This document shows positions 9,790 to 18,749 of a stretch of 64,000 nucleotides of DNA, piece by piece (within the stretch, counting starts at the first letter, position 1; each line of letters opens with the position of its first letter). The stretch lies in NCBI GenBank assembly GCA_964490105.1, contig CAZAZU010000003.1:245-64244 (forward strand). Direction: 5' to 3'. This stretch comes from an uncultured Gammaproteobacteria bacterium. Its GTDB lineage: Bacteria > Patescibacteriota > Microgenomatia > Levybacterales > UBA12049. Both the position numbers and the translations under genes were made by a program. A model generated the notes under the pieces. It did not search any database. It was not told the origin of the DNA and was given only the letters and a program-made list of their open reading frames with translations.

Positions 9790-10197
9790 TTAAGGAGTAA
9801 AGCAGGATCCTGATCTGCACTGTTGGATGTCTGGGCGCGGACAATCAAAGCGATCCGTACAAGGGACACATTGGGAAAACCCAAACCGGGTTATGCAGGC
9901 CTCTCTTACTCCGGTAGCCTTTGCAATAACAGGTAAGATTATAAAAGACAAAAGAATCAAAACAAAACCAAGCACAGCGAACGTGAGAGTTTTCCTCGCT
10001 CCTTCTGCTTGCTTAGGATCTCCACCAGAGGTTACAAACTTAAATCCACTAATAATAATAAAGATAATAGCTACGAGCCCTGATAAAACCAATAACCAGA
10101 AAATAACATTTCCGACTATGACCGGGAAACAGTTGACCGTAGCGACTTGATCGCCTCCTCCTACTAAACAACCGCTATCTTTTAATGCTTGCCACAT
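9790..10197 (-). CDS. VirB2/TrbC-like pilin with C-terminal Cys-rich tail
   Basis: Two TM helices joined by GFKFVTSGGDPKQAEGARKTLTFAVLG. Own promoter TTGTTT-17-TACGCT, 6 nt before the ATG. Confidence 0.85.
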   Translation of the reverse strand: MWQALKDSGCLVGGGDQVATVNCFPVIVGNVIFWLLVLSGLVAIIFIIISGFKFVTSGGDPKQAEGARKTLTFAVLGFVLILLSFIILPVIAKATGVREACITRFGFSQCVPCTDRFDCPRPDIQQCRSGSCFTP

Positions 10198-10242
10198 AGA
10201 GTTAGCGTAACAAAGAGAGATTTAAAAAACAAGGGGAATAGA

Positions 10243-10668
10243 TTAGTCAACCAAGTTAGGGATAATGATGTTTCCTCCGGTTAGTGATCCGGCATCAAAT
10301 AGCTGTAATACGAAGTTGATGATAAAGTAGGAGACGAAAACAAGCACTAAGCCTACAAGTGCAGCTACGATCGTTCCTCTTGCAGCCTCTACTTTGCCTT
10401 TATCCCCACCAGACATAATCCATTTGATTCCTCCGTAGACTAGAAATCCGATAGCTAATATAACAGCTACTATGAATAGGATTGTTATTATATTTGAAAT
10501 CATTGGACCTACTCCATCAGCCCCAAGCGAACATAAAGCTCCAAATCTGAGTCCTCCGCCTGGATTGTCAGCGCATGGATCAATCGGACCAAAATCCTGA
10601 GCAAATGCAATTGGGGTAAGACTTAAATAAGTTGCTGTAGAAAATATTAGAGCAGATAACTTTTTCAT
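10243..10668 (-). CDS. VirB2/TrbC-like pilin
   Basis: Signal-like MKKLSAL..AFAQ and GGIKWIMSGGDKGKVEAARGTIVAALVG. Start moved to ATG 10668, downstream of TTGACA-17-TACGAT. Confidence 0.85.
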   Translation of the reverse strand: MKKLSALIFSTATYLSLTPIAFAQDFGPIDPCADNPGGGLRFGALCSLGADGVGPMISNIITILFIVAVILAIGFLVYGGIKWIMSGGDKGKVEAARGTIVAALVGLVLVFVSYFIINFVLQLFDAGSLTGGNIIIPNLVD

Positions 10669-10722
10669 TAGTAATATGATCGTATGAGGTTTTGAATTGT
10701 TTGTCAAGAGGTAAATTCGAGG

Positions 10723-11178
10723 CTAAAATGCACATCCCGGTCTAGATGGATTACATTGACACCTGTATCTTCCGGTATCCGCATCTCTTCTGCATAAGGG
10801 TCTGTCTGGATTTGGACAAGTTCCAAATGTGTCACCTCCGCATCTTGAGGTGCTAGCGGGTAGATCTAAAACCTTTACTTGGAAAAGAGCAGAAACGGTG
10901 CTAATTATCATAAAAGATGCGAAACCAACTATAAGACCGATTATTGCATAGATTATTTTTTTTCTTGCCGCCTCAACTTTGTTTTTGTCTCCTTGTGATG
11001 TTATATAGGAAATACCTCCCCAAATTAGAAAAAAAAGCGCAGTCAGCGTGAGGAGTATGAACAACACTGTCATTCCGTTTGAGATAAGACTAAGAAGGGT
11101 TTCGTCTCCTCCTGATGGCATTCCCATAATAGGGTCAATTCTTTTTCCGCCAGGTAGCGCTAATGCAATTTTTTCCAT
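10723..11178 (-). CDS. VirB2/TrbC-like pilin with Cys-rich C-terminal tail
   Basis: GGISYITSQGDKNKVEAARKKIIYAIIG. True start is ATG 11178, immediately after the upstream stop. Confidence 0.85.
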   Translation of the reverse strand: MEKIALALPGGKRIDPIMGMPSGGDETLLSLISNGMTVLFILLTLTALFFLIWGGISYITSQGDKNKVEAARKKIIYAIIGLIVGFASFMIISTVSALFQVKVLDLPASTSRCGGDTFGTCPNPDRPLCRRDADTGRYRCQCNPSRPGCAF

Positions 11179-11179
11179 A

Positions 11180-11528
11180 TTATCTAAATCCAGGTAGTCC
11201 CAGAATATCACGGGTTATTAATTCAAGTAAAGCTAAGGAGAATATTATGAACAGAAGTCCAACTATCGCTGCGGTTAGTTGATCTCTGGCATTCTTAACT
11301 TTCTCAGGATCTCCCTGGGAAGTCATCAGCTTATATCCTGCAATAATTATGATTATTATTACTATTCCTCCGGAAATGCTTAAAACAAACCCAAGCATCC
11401 ATCTGGTAAATCCAGCTGAATCTGTTCTCACAAATCCGATTGCTGTTTTAATCTTTGTACACCCCTTAGCATCTGTATATGATGATCCATTCTTAGCACA
11501 AGGAAGGGAGAGAGGGTCATTTTGTTGA
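11180..11528. repeat. 349-bp direct repeat, copy 1 (constant pilin cassette)
   Basis: No mismatch seen against 12141-12489 (offset 961). Begins exactly at the stop codon. Confidence 0.95.
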
Positions 11529-12097
11529 AGAGTCGTATCGCTTTCATAATCAGTATGAAAGCCTGGGACATCTCCCTCAGCAAAAGGCCTACAGAGGGGT
11601 GTTTTTGAGTCAGAGTAAGCCTTAGAGGTCATTTGATAAAACTTGCCATCTGCTGGATCCTTAAATACGCAGTAATTCATACTACATAGATTGCCTAGGC
11701 CTTTTCTGCACTGGTCATTGCTCGTGGTGCATGTGTCGCTAGCGTTTAGTTCACAGCGGTCTGTTTCGTCTGGAACATCTCTCACCTCACATCCTCTATA
11801 TGCATTTGCGCTACATATTTGATCATCTGGGCATGGTGAGGGAGGGTTTGGGTTAGGCGCTCGTTGTTCGCTTGAGCATTCGAAAGCCGTTTGGCTTGGA
11901 TTGCAAACCACATCGTCATTAACATATACACATTTCCAAACTCCGGCATCGTTATAAGGGTGTGCAGTTTTTCCGCTTACTCGAGGGCATGTAAAGCAAT
12001 CGCTGCCATTGCCTCGAGCGGCAAATGATGGATTTGATCCAAGTGCAAAAAGTAGGAAAAAAAATATAGGGACGAGAATTGTTAATATTTTTCTCAC
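11180..12097 (-). CDS. Pilin-domain protein with variable Cys-rich N-terminal ectodomain (copy B)
   Basis: GTG start at 12097, signal peptide, Cys-rich region, C-terminal AGYKLMTSQGDPEKVKNARDQLTAAIVG. Confidence 0.85.
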   Translation of the reverse strand: MRKILTILVPIFFFLLFALGSNPSFAARGNGSDCFTCPRVSGKTAHPYNDAGVWKCVYVNDDVVCNPSQTAFECSSEQRAPNPNPPSPCPDDQICSANAYRGCEVRDVPDETDRCELNASDTCTTSNDQCRKGLGNLCSMNYCVFKDPADGKFYQMTSKAYSDSKTPLCRPFAEGDVPGFHTDYESDTTLQQNDPLSLPCAKNGSSYTDAKGCTKIKTAIGFVRTDSAGFTRWMLGFVLSISGGIVIIIIIIAGYKLMTSQGDPEKVKNARDQLTAAIVGLLFIIFSLALLELITRDILGLPGFR

Positions 12098-12103
12098 AAC
12101 TTT

Positions 12104-12132
12104 ATCGTAGGTAAAACTTAGAGGAATTGCAA
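12104..12132 (-). promoter_or_regulatory. Sigma70-type leaderless promoter of pilin copy B
   Basis: TTGCAA-17bp-TACGAT-aaagtt-GTG. Confidence 0.75.
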
Positions 12133-12140
12133 GAAAGGGG

Positions 12141-12489
12141 TTATCTAAATCCAGGTAGTCCCAGAATATCACGGGTTATTAATTCAAGTAAAGCTAAGGA
12201 GAATATTATGAACAGAAGTCCAACTATCGCTGCGGTTAGTTGATCTCTGGCATTCTTAACTTTCTCAGGATCTCCCTGGGAAGTCATCAGCTTATATCCT
12301 GCAATAATTATGATTATTATTACTATTCCTCCGGAAATGCTTAAAACAAACCCAAGCATCCATCTGGTAAATCCAGCTGAATCTGTTCTCACAAATCCGA
12401 TTGCTGTTTTAATCTTTGTACACCCCTTAGCATCTGTATATGATGATCCATTCTTAGCACAAGGAAGGGAGAGAGGGTCATTTTGTTGA
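12141..12489. repeat. 349-bp direct repeat, copy 2
   Basis: No mismatch seen against 11180-11528. Confidence 0.95.
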
Positions 12490-13535
12490 TATCTGATACT
12501 GCTAACGCAGCCCTTTCCTTGTATGCATCTAAGGTTATTTCTTTCATTACAATAACCTTTGCTTTCCGGCATCGCTTCATCTCCTGACGGCGTAACGCAC
12601 TTACCATCATTCCATGTGTCAGTGCTTTTGCATTTATAACATGTATTTCCGAAGTCTTCGGGAGCTTCTTTGCAAGTTCCCGTAAGAGCATCTCTGCCGT
12701 TTTTATCACAAATTAAATTGTCGCAGCAGCTGCCCTGACTGCCTGCATTACCGCTACAGGTTTCCCCTTTATTATTGCAGAAGTCGGGTGGCGGATAGCC
12801 TTTTGGATATGCGCAGTATGTTCTAATTTCATTGCCCTTTCTGTTATTACATCGTGGACCAGGCCCCGATCCGCACACATTGCCAATTCCCTGAACCTCC
12901 TTGCAGTCATGAGTGCTTTTAGGGCAATTAGGATCTCTATTAGCGCACCAATCTCTTTCAGAGTCAGGGGTAGTACATCTTCCTTCTCCGGCAACACATC
13001 TTGTTCCTTGGGCAGAGCAATCAACTCTTGAAACAGGGTCTCTTAATTCGCTTCCCTTTACGCATAGATCTGCTGCGTTGCTCCATGTAAATCCCGAAGC
13101 GCATCGGGGACAGCTTTGGGGCGTTGCGGGGATTGGATTTGTTGCTGAGCAGTCAGCAGCAACCACATCTGGTCCTGGAGTGAAGCCTGCGGTTTGGTCG
13201 CTGCAGCCATGGTCAAACCCTCCGCCTATATCGCACTTGGAAAGTGTCCAGCTGATTGTTTTTCCTTCCTGGCTTTTTGAAACGTCAATCGTGTAGGGAG
13301 AAGATGTTATTCTGGTTTCCGGTATGCCCGTAGCGTTAAATTTCCAAAAGTAGCTATTACTATCTGCCGTAGAGTATGTCCATTCAAACTTAATTCTGGA
13401 AGTTTCATTGTCTGGTCCCCCACAAAACGGGTTAGCTCTAAGGTTTTGTGGCGGATTGGGAATTGCGTGTGCGACTTCTGGTAAAAAAAATACCATTGCA
13501 AGAAAATAAATAACTAAGATCAGAATTTTTCTCAC
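12141..13535 (-). CDS. Pilin-domain protein with FN3-like and Cys-rich variable ectodomain (copy A)
   Basis: Signal peptide, PNPPQNLRA FN3-like start, many cysteines. Same C-terminal ~115 aa as copy B. Confidence 0.85.
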   Translation of the reverse strand: MRKILILVIYFLAMVFFLPEVAHAIPNPPQNLRANPFCGGPDNETSRIKFEWTYSTADSNSYFWKFNATGIPETRITSSPYTIDVSKSQEGKTISWTLSKCDIGGGFDHGCSDQTAGFTPGPDVVAADCSATNPIPATPQSCPRCASGFTWSNAADLCVKGSELRDPVSRVDCSAQGTRCVAGEGRCTTPDSERDWCANRDPNCPKSTHDCKEVQGIGNVCGSGPGPRCNNRKGNEIRTYCAYPKGYPPPDFCNNKGETCSGNAGSQGSCCDNLICDKNGRDALTGTCKEAPEDFGNTCYKCKSTDTWNDGKCVTPSGDEAMPESKGYCNERNNLRCIQGKGCVSSIRYQQNDPLSLPCAKNGSSYTDAKGCTKIKTAIGFVRTDSAGFTRWMLGFVLSISGGIVIIIIIIAGYKLMTSQGDPEKVKNARDQLTAAIVGLLFIIFSLALLELITRDILGLPGFR

Positions 13536-13541
13536 AACTTT

Positions 13542-13570
13542 ATCGTAGAAGAATAAAATTCGATTTGCAA
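13542..13570 (-). promoter_or_regulatory. Sigma70-type leaderless promoter of pilin copy A
   Basis: TTGCAA-17bp-TACGAT-aaagtt-GTG. Same -35, -10 and start context as copy B, but a different spacer. Confidence 0.75.
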
Positions 13571-13571
13571 A

Positions 13572-14879
13572 TTAGGAAGAGAATTTAAAGCCTCGGCCTT
13601 TTATTGTTTGGATGTGCGTAGGAGAGTTAGGGTTTTCCTCGATTTTTTTTCTTACCCTAAAAATTAGCTGATCTAAGGCTTGCTCAGTTACTCCTGCGGT
13701 CGAAGCTTGATCTCCCCATACGCTACTGATTATCTCGTCTCTCTCTAAGATTTTTTCAGGGTTTAAGGCTAAGAATTTAAGCAACTTAAACTCTGAGGAT
13801 GTTAATCCTTCAGATAGGATGAGATTGCCTTTTATTATTTCATTTGTTGACTCATCATAGATAATCTCATTTTTGGCGTTTTTAAGTTCATTTTTTGCAA
13901 ATTCTTCTAAAAGGGGAACAGCAAATTTATTATTTTTGACTAAGTCTATTGCCACTAGATGGCTTGATTCGGTAGCGTCTTCCTTAGCAATTAGATTTTG
14001 CTCAAACGGGGTAAGGGATTTCCAGATTTCTGTTAAAACTGCCTTAACTCGCGTATTTGATAAAAGAAATTCTTTAATGTTCTTTTTAACCCCTTCATTG
14101 ATGCACGCTTCAGTACTTACAAGCCATAGTTTTCCCAAACCGCCGGTAACTTTAATAATTTCATCAAGAGTAGGTTGATTAATAGTTTTGTCTGTAGATT
14201 TTTTAATATAGCTTAACCTAAAGTTTCTAATTTTCTCATCTCCTAGCGAGAGATAGACTAAATTCCCTACTAAAAATTCATAAAAAGTTGATAAAACGTC
14301 ATGCCCTATTGTTTCCTCAAGCGGGCGATTAAGGGGAAAAACACAAGAAAATCTGTATTTTGCTCTGTCTCTTAATACTTTTAAGTTTTCAAAAAATACA
14401 GGCTCAACTACGCCCACATATTCTTCAAATTTGTCAAAAAGAAGAACTATGGTTAATTCCTTATGTAAGCATAAATAGTCAATTGTTTTTTTAAATCCTT
14501 GAAAAATTACTAACTCATCGCCTGATTTTAAACTCTCATCTAAGATTGCTTTGGTAAACTTATATTCTTCGTTCAGTTTTCTCTCCTGTAGGGAATCTAC
14601 GAGCTCTAAAAACATGTATTTAGTAGAATCAGACAGCGGTCTTTTTTTAATCTCAGAAAAATTTAGCATTACGAAATGGAACCATTTTTGATTTTCTCCC
14701 AGATGAAGATGACGCGCCTTTGTGTTATATGCAAGAATTCGAAGCACGTTACTTCTCCCAACACCGGGAAGTGAAATAACTTGTGCTGAATTACCACTTT
14801 TAATATAGGAAATTATTTTTCCTATTTCTTCTTTTCTGGAATCCGGCGGGTAAAGTGATTCAAAGTGCGTAGGTTCCAT
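13572..14879 (-). CDS. AAA/P-loop domain fused to C-terminal OmpR-type winged-helix DNA-binding domain
   Basis: P-loop variant SLPGVGRSN, Walker B-like LLFDKFEE. C-terminal LTSSEFKLL..RDEIISSVW..IFRVRKKIE..IQTIKGRGF. Confidence 0.85.
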   Translation of the reverse strand: MEPTHFESLYPPDSRKEEIGKIISYIKSGNSAQVISLPGVGRSNVLRILAYNTKARHLHLGENQKWFHFVMLNFSEIKKRPLSDSTKYMFLELVDSLQERKLNEEYKFTKAILDESLKSGDELVIFQGFKKTIDYLCLHKELTIVLLFDKFEEYVGVVEPVFFENLKVLRDRAKYRFSCVFPLNRPLEETIGHDVLSTFYEFLVGNLVYLSLGDEKIRNFRLSYIKKSTDKTINQPTLDEIIKVTGGLGKLWLVSTEACINEGVKKNIKEFLLSNTRVKAVLTEIWKSLTPFEQNLIAKEDATESSHLVAIDLVKNNKFAVPLLEEFAKNELKNAKNEIIYDESTNEIIKGNLILSEGLTSSEFKLLKFLALNPEKILERDEIISSVWGDQASTAGVTEQALDQLIFRVRKKIEENPNSPTHIQTIKGRGFKFSS

Positions 14880-15016
14880 AGCTTTGGTTATTTAATTGTA
14901 AGTGTTTTATAAGGTTTTTATCAAGCTCGTAGGAGTGGTTTGACTTAAACTTGCTCCATATGACACAGGAAATTCTTACAGGATCCATTCAACAGATTCA
15001 GGGTAAGCAAATTGAA

Positions 15017-15045
15017 TTGACAGTAAGAAGCATAAATCCTACACT
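15017..15045 (+). promoter_or_regulatory. Sigma70 promoter of the large hypothetical gene
   Basis: TTGACA-17-TACACT, then SD-like GAGGGGGAG and ATG at 15068. Confidence 0.75.
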
Positions 15046-15067
15046 GAATAGAGGGGGAGAAATCTTT

Positions 15068-18000
15068 ATGTCAGACGCTGGAATTAATACTGAAGCACCA
15101 CAAGCCGTAAGACCTGTCGCAACAAGCGGGGAATTACCTGCTCTTCCGAGAGCGGGGGGGATGTCTCTTGAAGGATTGACTCCGGCTCAACAAATTGATG
15201 CCAAAAGAACTATAAAGCTTATTGAGGATCTAGGTTTTAAGCCAAAAGAAGTGACTTCTAAAGGTAGAACTGAGCAGACGGCTCAGTCAGTTGTTGAAAA
15301 TGCAGGCTTAGATAGTCAGGATCCAGTAGTTTTAAAAAGATCTCGCGATTTAGCAAATAAAGAAGATTTAACAGCAGAGGAGACTGCAGAACTACTTCAA
15401 GCAAATTCTGGGAGAATTTCAAAAGCAGAAGAGTTACTTAAGGAATCATTAGGCAGAGAATTAACTGATGCTGAGAAAAAAGCAATCTTAAGAGCTCATT
15501 TTGTGGGATTTGGTGAAAAAGGAAAAGATGAAAAAAGAGACTCTGGTGTATTTAATGTAAGCCAGGAGCAGTTAGCGGAAAAAGCAAGAATTCTTAAGGA
15601 TGCAGGTTTTGATAAAGAACAAAGACGAGAAATCATAGAATCAGGTCTTGCTGCAGGTGCTCCTCCAGCTCCAGCTAATCCCATGGATGCAAGAAATCAG
15701 GCAATTGCCGATCTGGCTAATCTAAATCTTACGTTAAAGCTTGCTGATATTAGAGACAAAATATTGGCCTTACATGCAGAAGCACAAGCGGGCAATCAAG
15801 GAGCTGGTCTAGTGCCAAATCCTGATGGAATATCTTCTGAGACATTTGATGCTATCTATAAAGGATTTTTTGAAAGAGTAAAAAATGTCTTGAACATGCC
15901 AAATCCCCCCGTTGAGGTTTTAGCACTTGAGCAGCAACTCAAGCAAATAAAAGATCTAGATGACAGAACTCACGAGCAACGAGGACCGCAAGAGAATTTT
16001 ATAAATGAATACGACTTTCTAGTAAAACAGCTTGTAGATGTTGGGCCAAATAATCCTCAGAGGCAGCAGTTTGAGCAAATGCTCGTAGATAGGGTTGTGG
16101 CATTTACCGCTTCTGGGGTTAATCCTTCAAATGACAATATTTACGATATGACTTTAAAGAGAATTATTCAAACAGATGTTTTAGTGTCGAATCCTGTACT
16201 ACAAGAGCAGGTGAGATCGGCGCTAGATAGATTGGTGGTTAGAATTGTAGGATTACCACTACAATCTGATACGGGAGATTTTGACATCGGATTTTATGGA
16301 GGAATTAATTTTGCCTCTATAAAAAATCTTTTACTCTCTATGTCTCAGGACCCATCATACTTTGAAACTAGAGAGATACGCAGGTTATATAGCCAAATGA
16401 ATCTAACAACAAGAGATGCGTATGTACAGTTTAGAGATACAAGAAGAGACCAGAATCTTAATGTGGGATCAAAATTTGAAGCAATGAGAATAGTCCATGA
16501 GTTAAATAAAATGATTGTTCAAAATCAGCTTGATGCTGCTAACCAGGCAGCGCCTCAATTAGGGCCTGAGTATGTTCAGGCATTGTCTAAGTCAAAAGGA
16601 GTTGCATCTGTATTCAGGATTATGGAGTCTGGAATTCTGGATCTTATGGCTAGAGATGGATATATGGCCAAAGGCAGATATGATGCATTAATGGGTAAAG
16701 CACAAAGTCAGGAAACTGGAAGATTTGATAACTCAGGAAATGCATCTATTGTTAAGCAGATTAGAAAAATGCAAGAGCAGCTGGGATCATTGCCGCAAGG
16801 TGCTCAAGCAGGATTAACTCAAGACATGAAGCAATTACTCCAGATGGAAGATTGGGAAGTAGACCTAGCATTTAATTTGGGAAGAAATCTTTATAACATT
16901 TTACATAGATCTGCTGAGCTATCTTCATGGGGAAGATTGCCAAAAGGACTTAAGGCATTTACAAATTCCGTATTTGGAGGATTTAGAAATATTTATAACC
17001 CTGGACTCCATGTTCTAGAAAGATTTAAGCCAGGCGCAGGCAGAGGAGGATATAGATTATTTGAAATGTTTATGGATGCAATGCAAAGACGAAGAAAAAC
17101 TATGGAAGGTTACGGAGACATGAATTTGGAGCAGGTTAGGGGCGACCTTATTAAATTCTTTGAGCTTCCTTCTATCGCTGGCCAAAGAGGATTTATTTCT
17201 TCATGGAAAGCAAATGAGGGAACCCTAACAATGGTGGAAACTAATTTTACCCCACAGGGTATTTTCGGTCAATTCGATATACATTCCCAAATGCACCTAG
17301 AGGAAGATGGATCAAAAATTTTTGATAGAGCTACAGGGATTGTGCCGGGTAGAGGCATTGGTCATTTCCTGGATACAGATGCGTTAACTTTCATTAATAG
17401 CGCAGGGGAGCAGTTTGAATGGGGTAAGCTATCAGATGGGCAGAAAGCTGATTATTTCAGATCTTTATTTTTTGAACCCGGAACGGGAGGCCACGGACAT
17501 GACCCAGTGTTAAGACGGGATATAAATATTGGATTAGGGGTAATTTATAAAACCGCGCTGGGGCCAGCGGGGGGGCATCATGGGCATGAAAGTCATCACC
17601 TCAATGAAGTTAAAGAACAAATAAGGAGATTGATATGGGAGCGCGCTGCTGAAGAAAATCCACTTGCAGTTTTGCCTTATCTACATAAGCTTAAATTTAG
17701 CGCCGATCATGCGCCTGTTACTGTAGGGCAGGGGCCTCAGGCAAGAACAGAGGTTGTGGCAGGAAAAACCTTACTTGCTGATGTGTATCAAGCACCAGTA
17801 ATGAGCGATTCCAAAGTAAAATTCATGCTGCTAAATGAGTGGAGAATGTCAAAGATTAAGGAAGGGAATCTCAACTACACTTTAGTTGATGCTATAAATG
17901 AGATTGATGCATCAATGGGAGTACAGAGAGATCCTATTACGCACGCTATAACCAATCAAGTCGCCGTTATGGGGCTTAGTCTCACTCAAGAAGAATATGA

Positions 18001-18727
18001 ATTATACGATAGGATTGTTGAGAGCGCAAAATTAGCATCTAGAGATATGGCAAATGTAAGGTATGGCTTTGTGGCATTTGCGAATGATCTTCCTTTTGAA
18101 AAAGAGAACTTTGATGTTTTGGGAAATAACGCATATCAAAGGCACTTCGGAGATGTGGTTCAGATAAATAGCTCAACACAAGCTATGATAGACGCATTTG
18201 ACAATCTTGGTACAGTAAAAGATTTTCATGGAGTGGTCGAGGTTGTGGGTAAATTTGAAAAAGGAATTACTGCAGTTCATGGGGATGCTGCAGCCAAAGA
18301 TAAAGCAGCTCCTTTAGTAGAGGCTATTACAAGATTTTTTAGAAGAGGTGAGAATGCAGGTGGAGAAAAATTCGTTGAAGAGGATAAAAAAGGCCCAATG
18401 GCTAAAATGAAAAGATATTTTAGGCAATGGGACGAGGTGCATTCAGTCTTGCAACAGTTTCATAAAGCAAACTCTATCGCTCAGCAGGAATATAATGTTG
18501 AAGCATTGGCATTAGATAGGCATCAGATTTACTTACTTCAGGAGGAGTTGATGGCAAGTGGATTTATGGGGCATGATCAGGAAGAGGAGTTTAGGAAAAA
18601 CTTTGGAGGGTTCTTGGGTTTTATAACAAGAATGATGCTTGAAGGATTCTTAAGGACTGGAAAATTATCTACGATAATAACAGCGAGAGGTTTGTTGGGG
18701 AGTTCATTTAAAGGTGCAATTGAATAA
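15068..18727 (+). CDS. Large hypothetical helical protein (~1219 aa)
   Basis: Long ORF with promoter and RBS. No family recognised. Confidence 0.8.
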   Translation: MSDAGINTEAPQAVRPVATSGELPALPRAGGMSLEGLTPAQQIDAKRTIKLIEDLGFKPKEVTSKGRTEQTAQSVVENAGLDSQDPVVLKRSRDLANKEDLTAEETAELLQANSGRISKAEELLKESLGRELTDAEKKAILRAHFVGFGEKGKDEKRDSGVFNVSQEQLAEKARILKDAGFDKEQRREIIESGLAAGAPPAPANPMDARNQAIADLANLNLTLKLADIRDKILALHAEAQAGNQGAGLVPNPDGISSETFDAIYKGFFERVKNVLNMPNPPVEVLALEQQLKQIKDLDDRTHEQRGPQENFINEYDFLVKQLVDVGPNNPQRQQFEQMLVDRVVAFTASGVNPSNDNIYDMTLKRIIQTDVLVSNPVLQEQVRSALDRLVVRIVGLPLQSDTGDFDIGFYGGINFASIKNLLLSMSQDPSYFETREIRRLYSQMNLTTRDAYVQFRDTRRDQNLNVGSKFEAMRIVHELNKMIVQNQLDAANQAAPQLGPEYVQALSKSKGVASVFRIMESGILDLMARDGYMAKGRYDALMGKAQSQETGRFDNSGNASIVKQIRKMQEQLGSLPQGAQAGLTQDMKQLLQMEDWEVDLAFNLGRNLYNILHRSAELSSWGRLPKGLKAFTNSVFGGFRNIYNPGLHVLERFKPGAGRGGYRLFEMFMDAMQRRRKTMEGYGDMNLEQVRGDLIKFFELPSIAGQRGFISSWKANEGTLTMVETNFTPQGIFGQFDIHSQMHLEEDGSKIFDRATGIVPGRGIGHFLDTDALTFINSAGEQFEWGKLSDGQKADYFRSLFFEPGTGGHGHDPVLRRDINIGLGVIYKTALGPAGGHHGHESHHLNEVKEQIRRLIWERAAEENPLAVLPYLHKLKFSADHAPVTVGQGPQARTEVVAGKTLLADVYQAPVMSDSKVKFMLLNEWRMSKIKEGNLNYTLVDAINEIDASMGVQRDPITHAITNQVAVMGLSLTQEEYELYDRIVESAKLASRDMANVRYGFVAFANDLPFEKENFDVLGNNAYQRHFGDVVQINSSTQAMIDAFDNLGTVKDFHGVVEVVGKFEKGITAVHGDAAAKDKAAPLVEAITRFFRRGENAGGEKFVEEDKKGPMAKMKRYFRQWDEVHSVLQQFHKANSIAQQEYNVEALALDRHQIYLLQEELMASGFMGHDQEEEFRKNFGGFLGFITRMMLEGFLRTGKLSTIITARGLLGSSFKGAIE

Positions 18728-18749
18728 AAGCTATTGAAAGTTAAGTATG

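Noticed and set aside
11180-12489. DGR template/variable repeat pair
   Set aside because: The copies show no adenine-specific mismatches, both are coding, and no reverse transcriptase is in the window.
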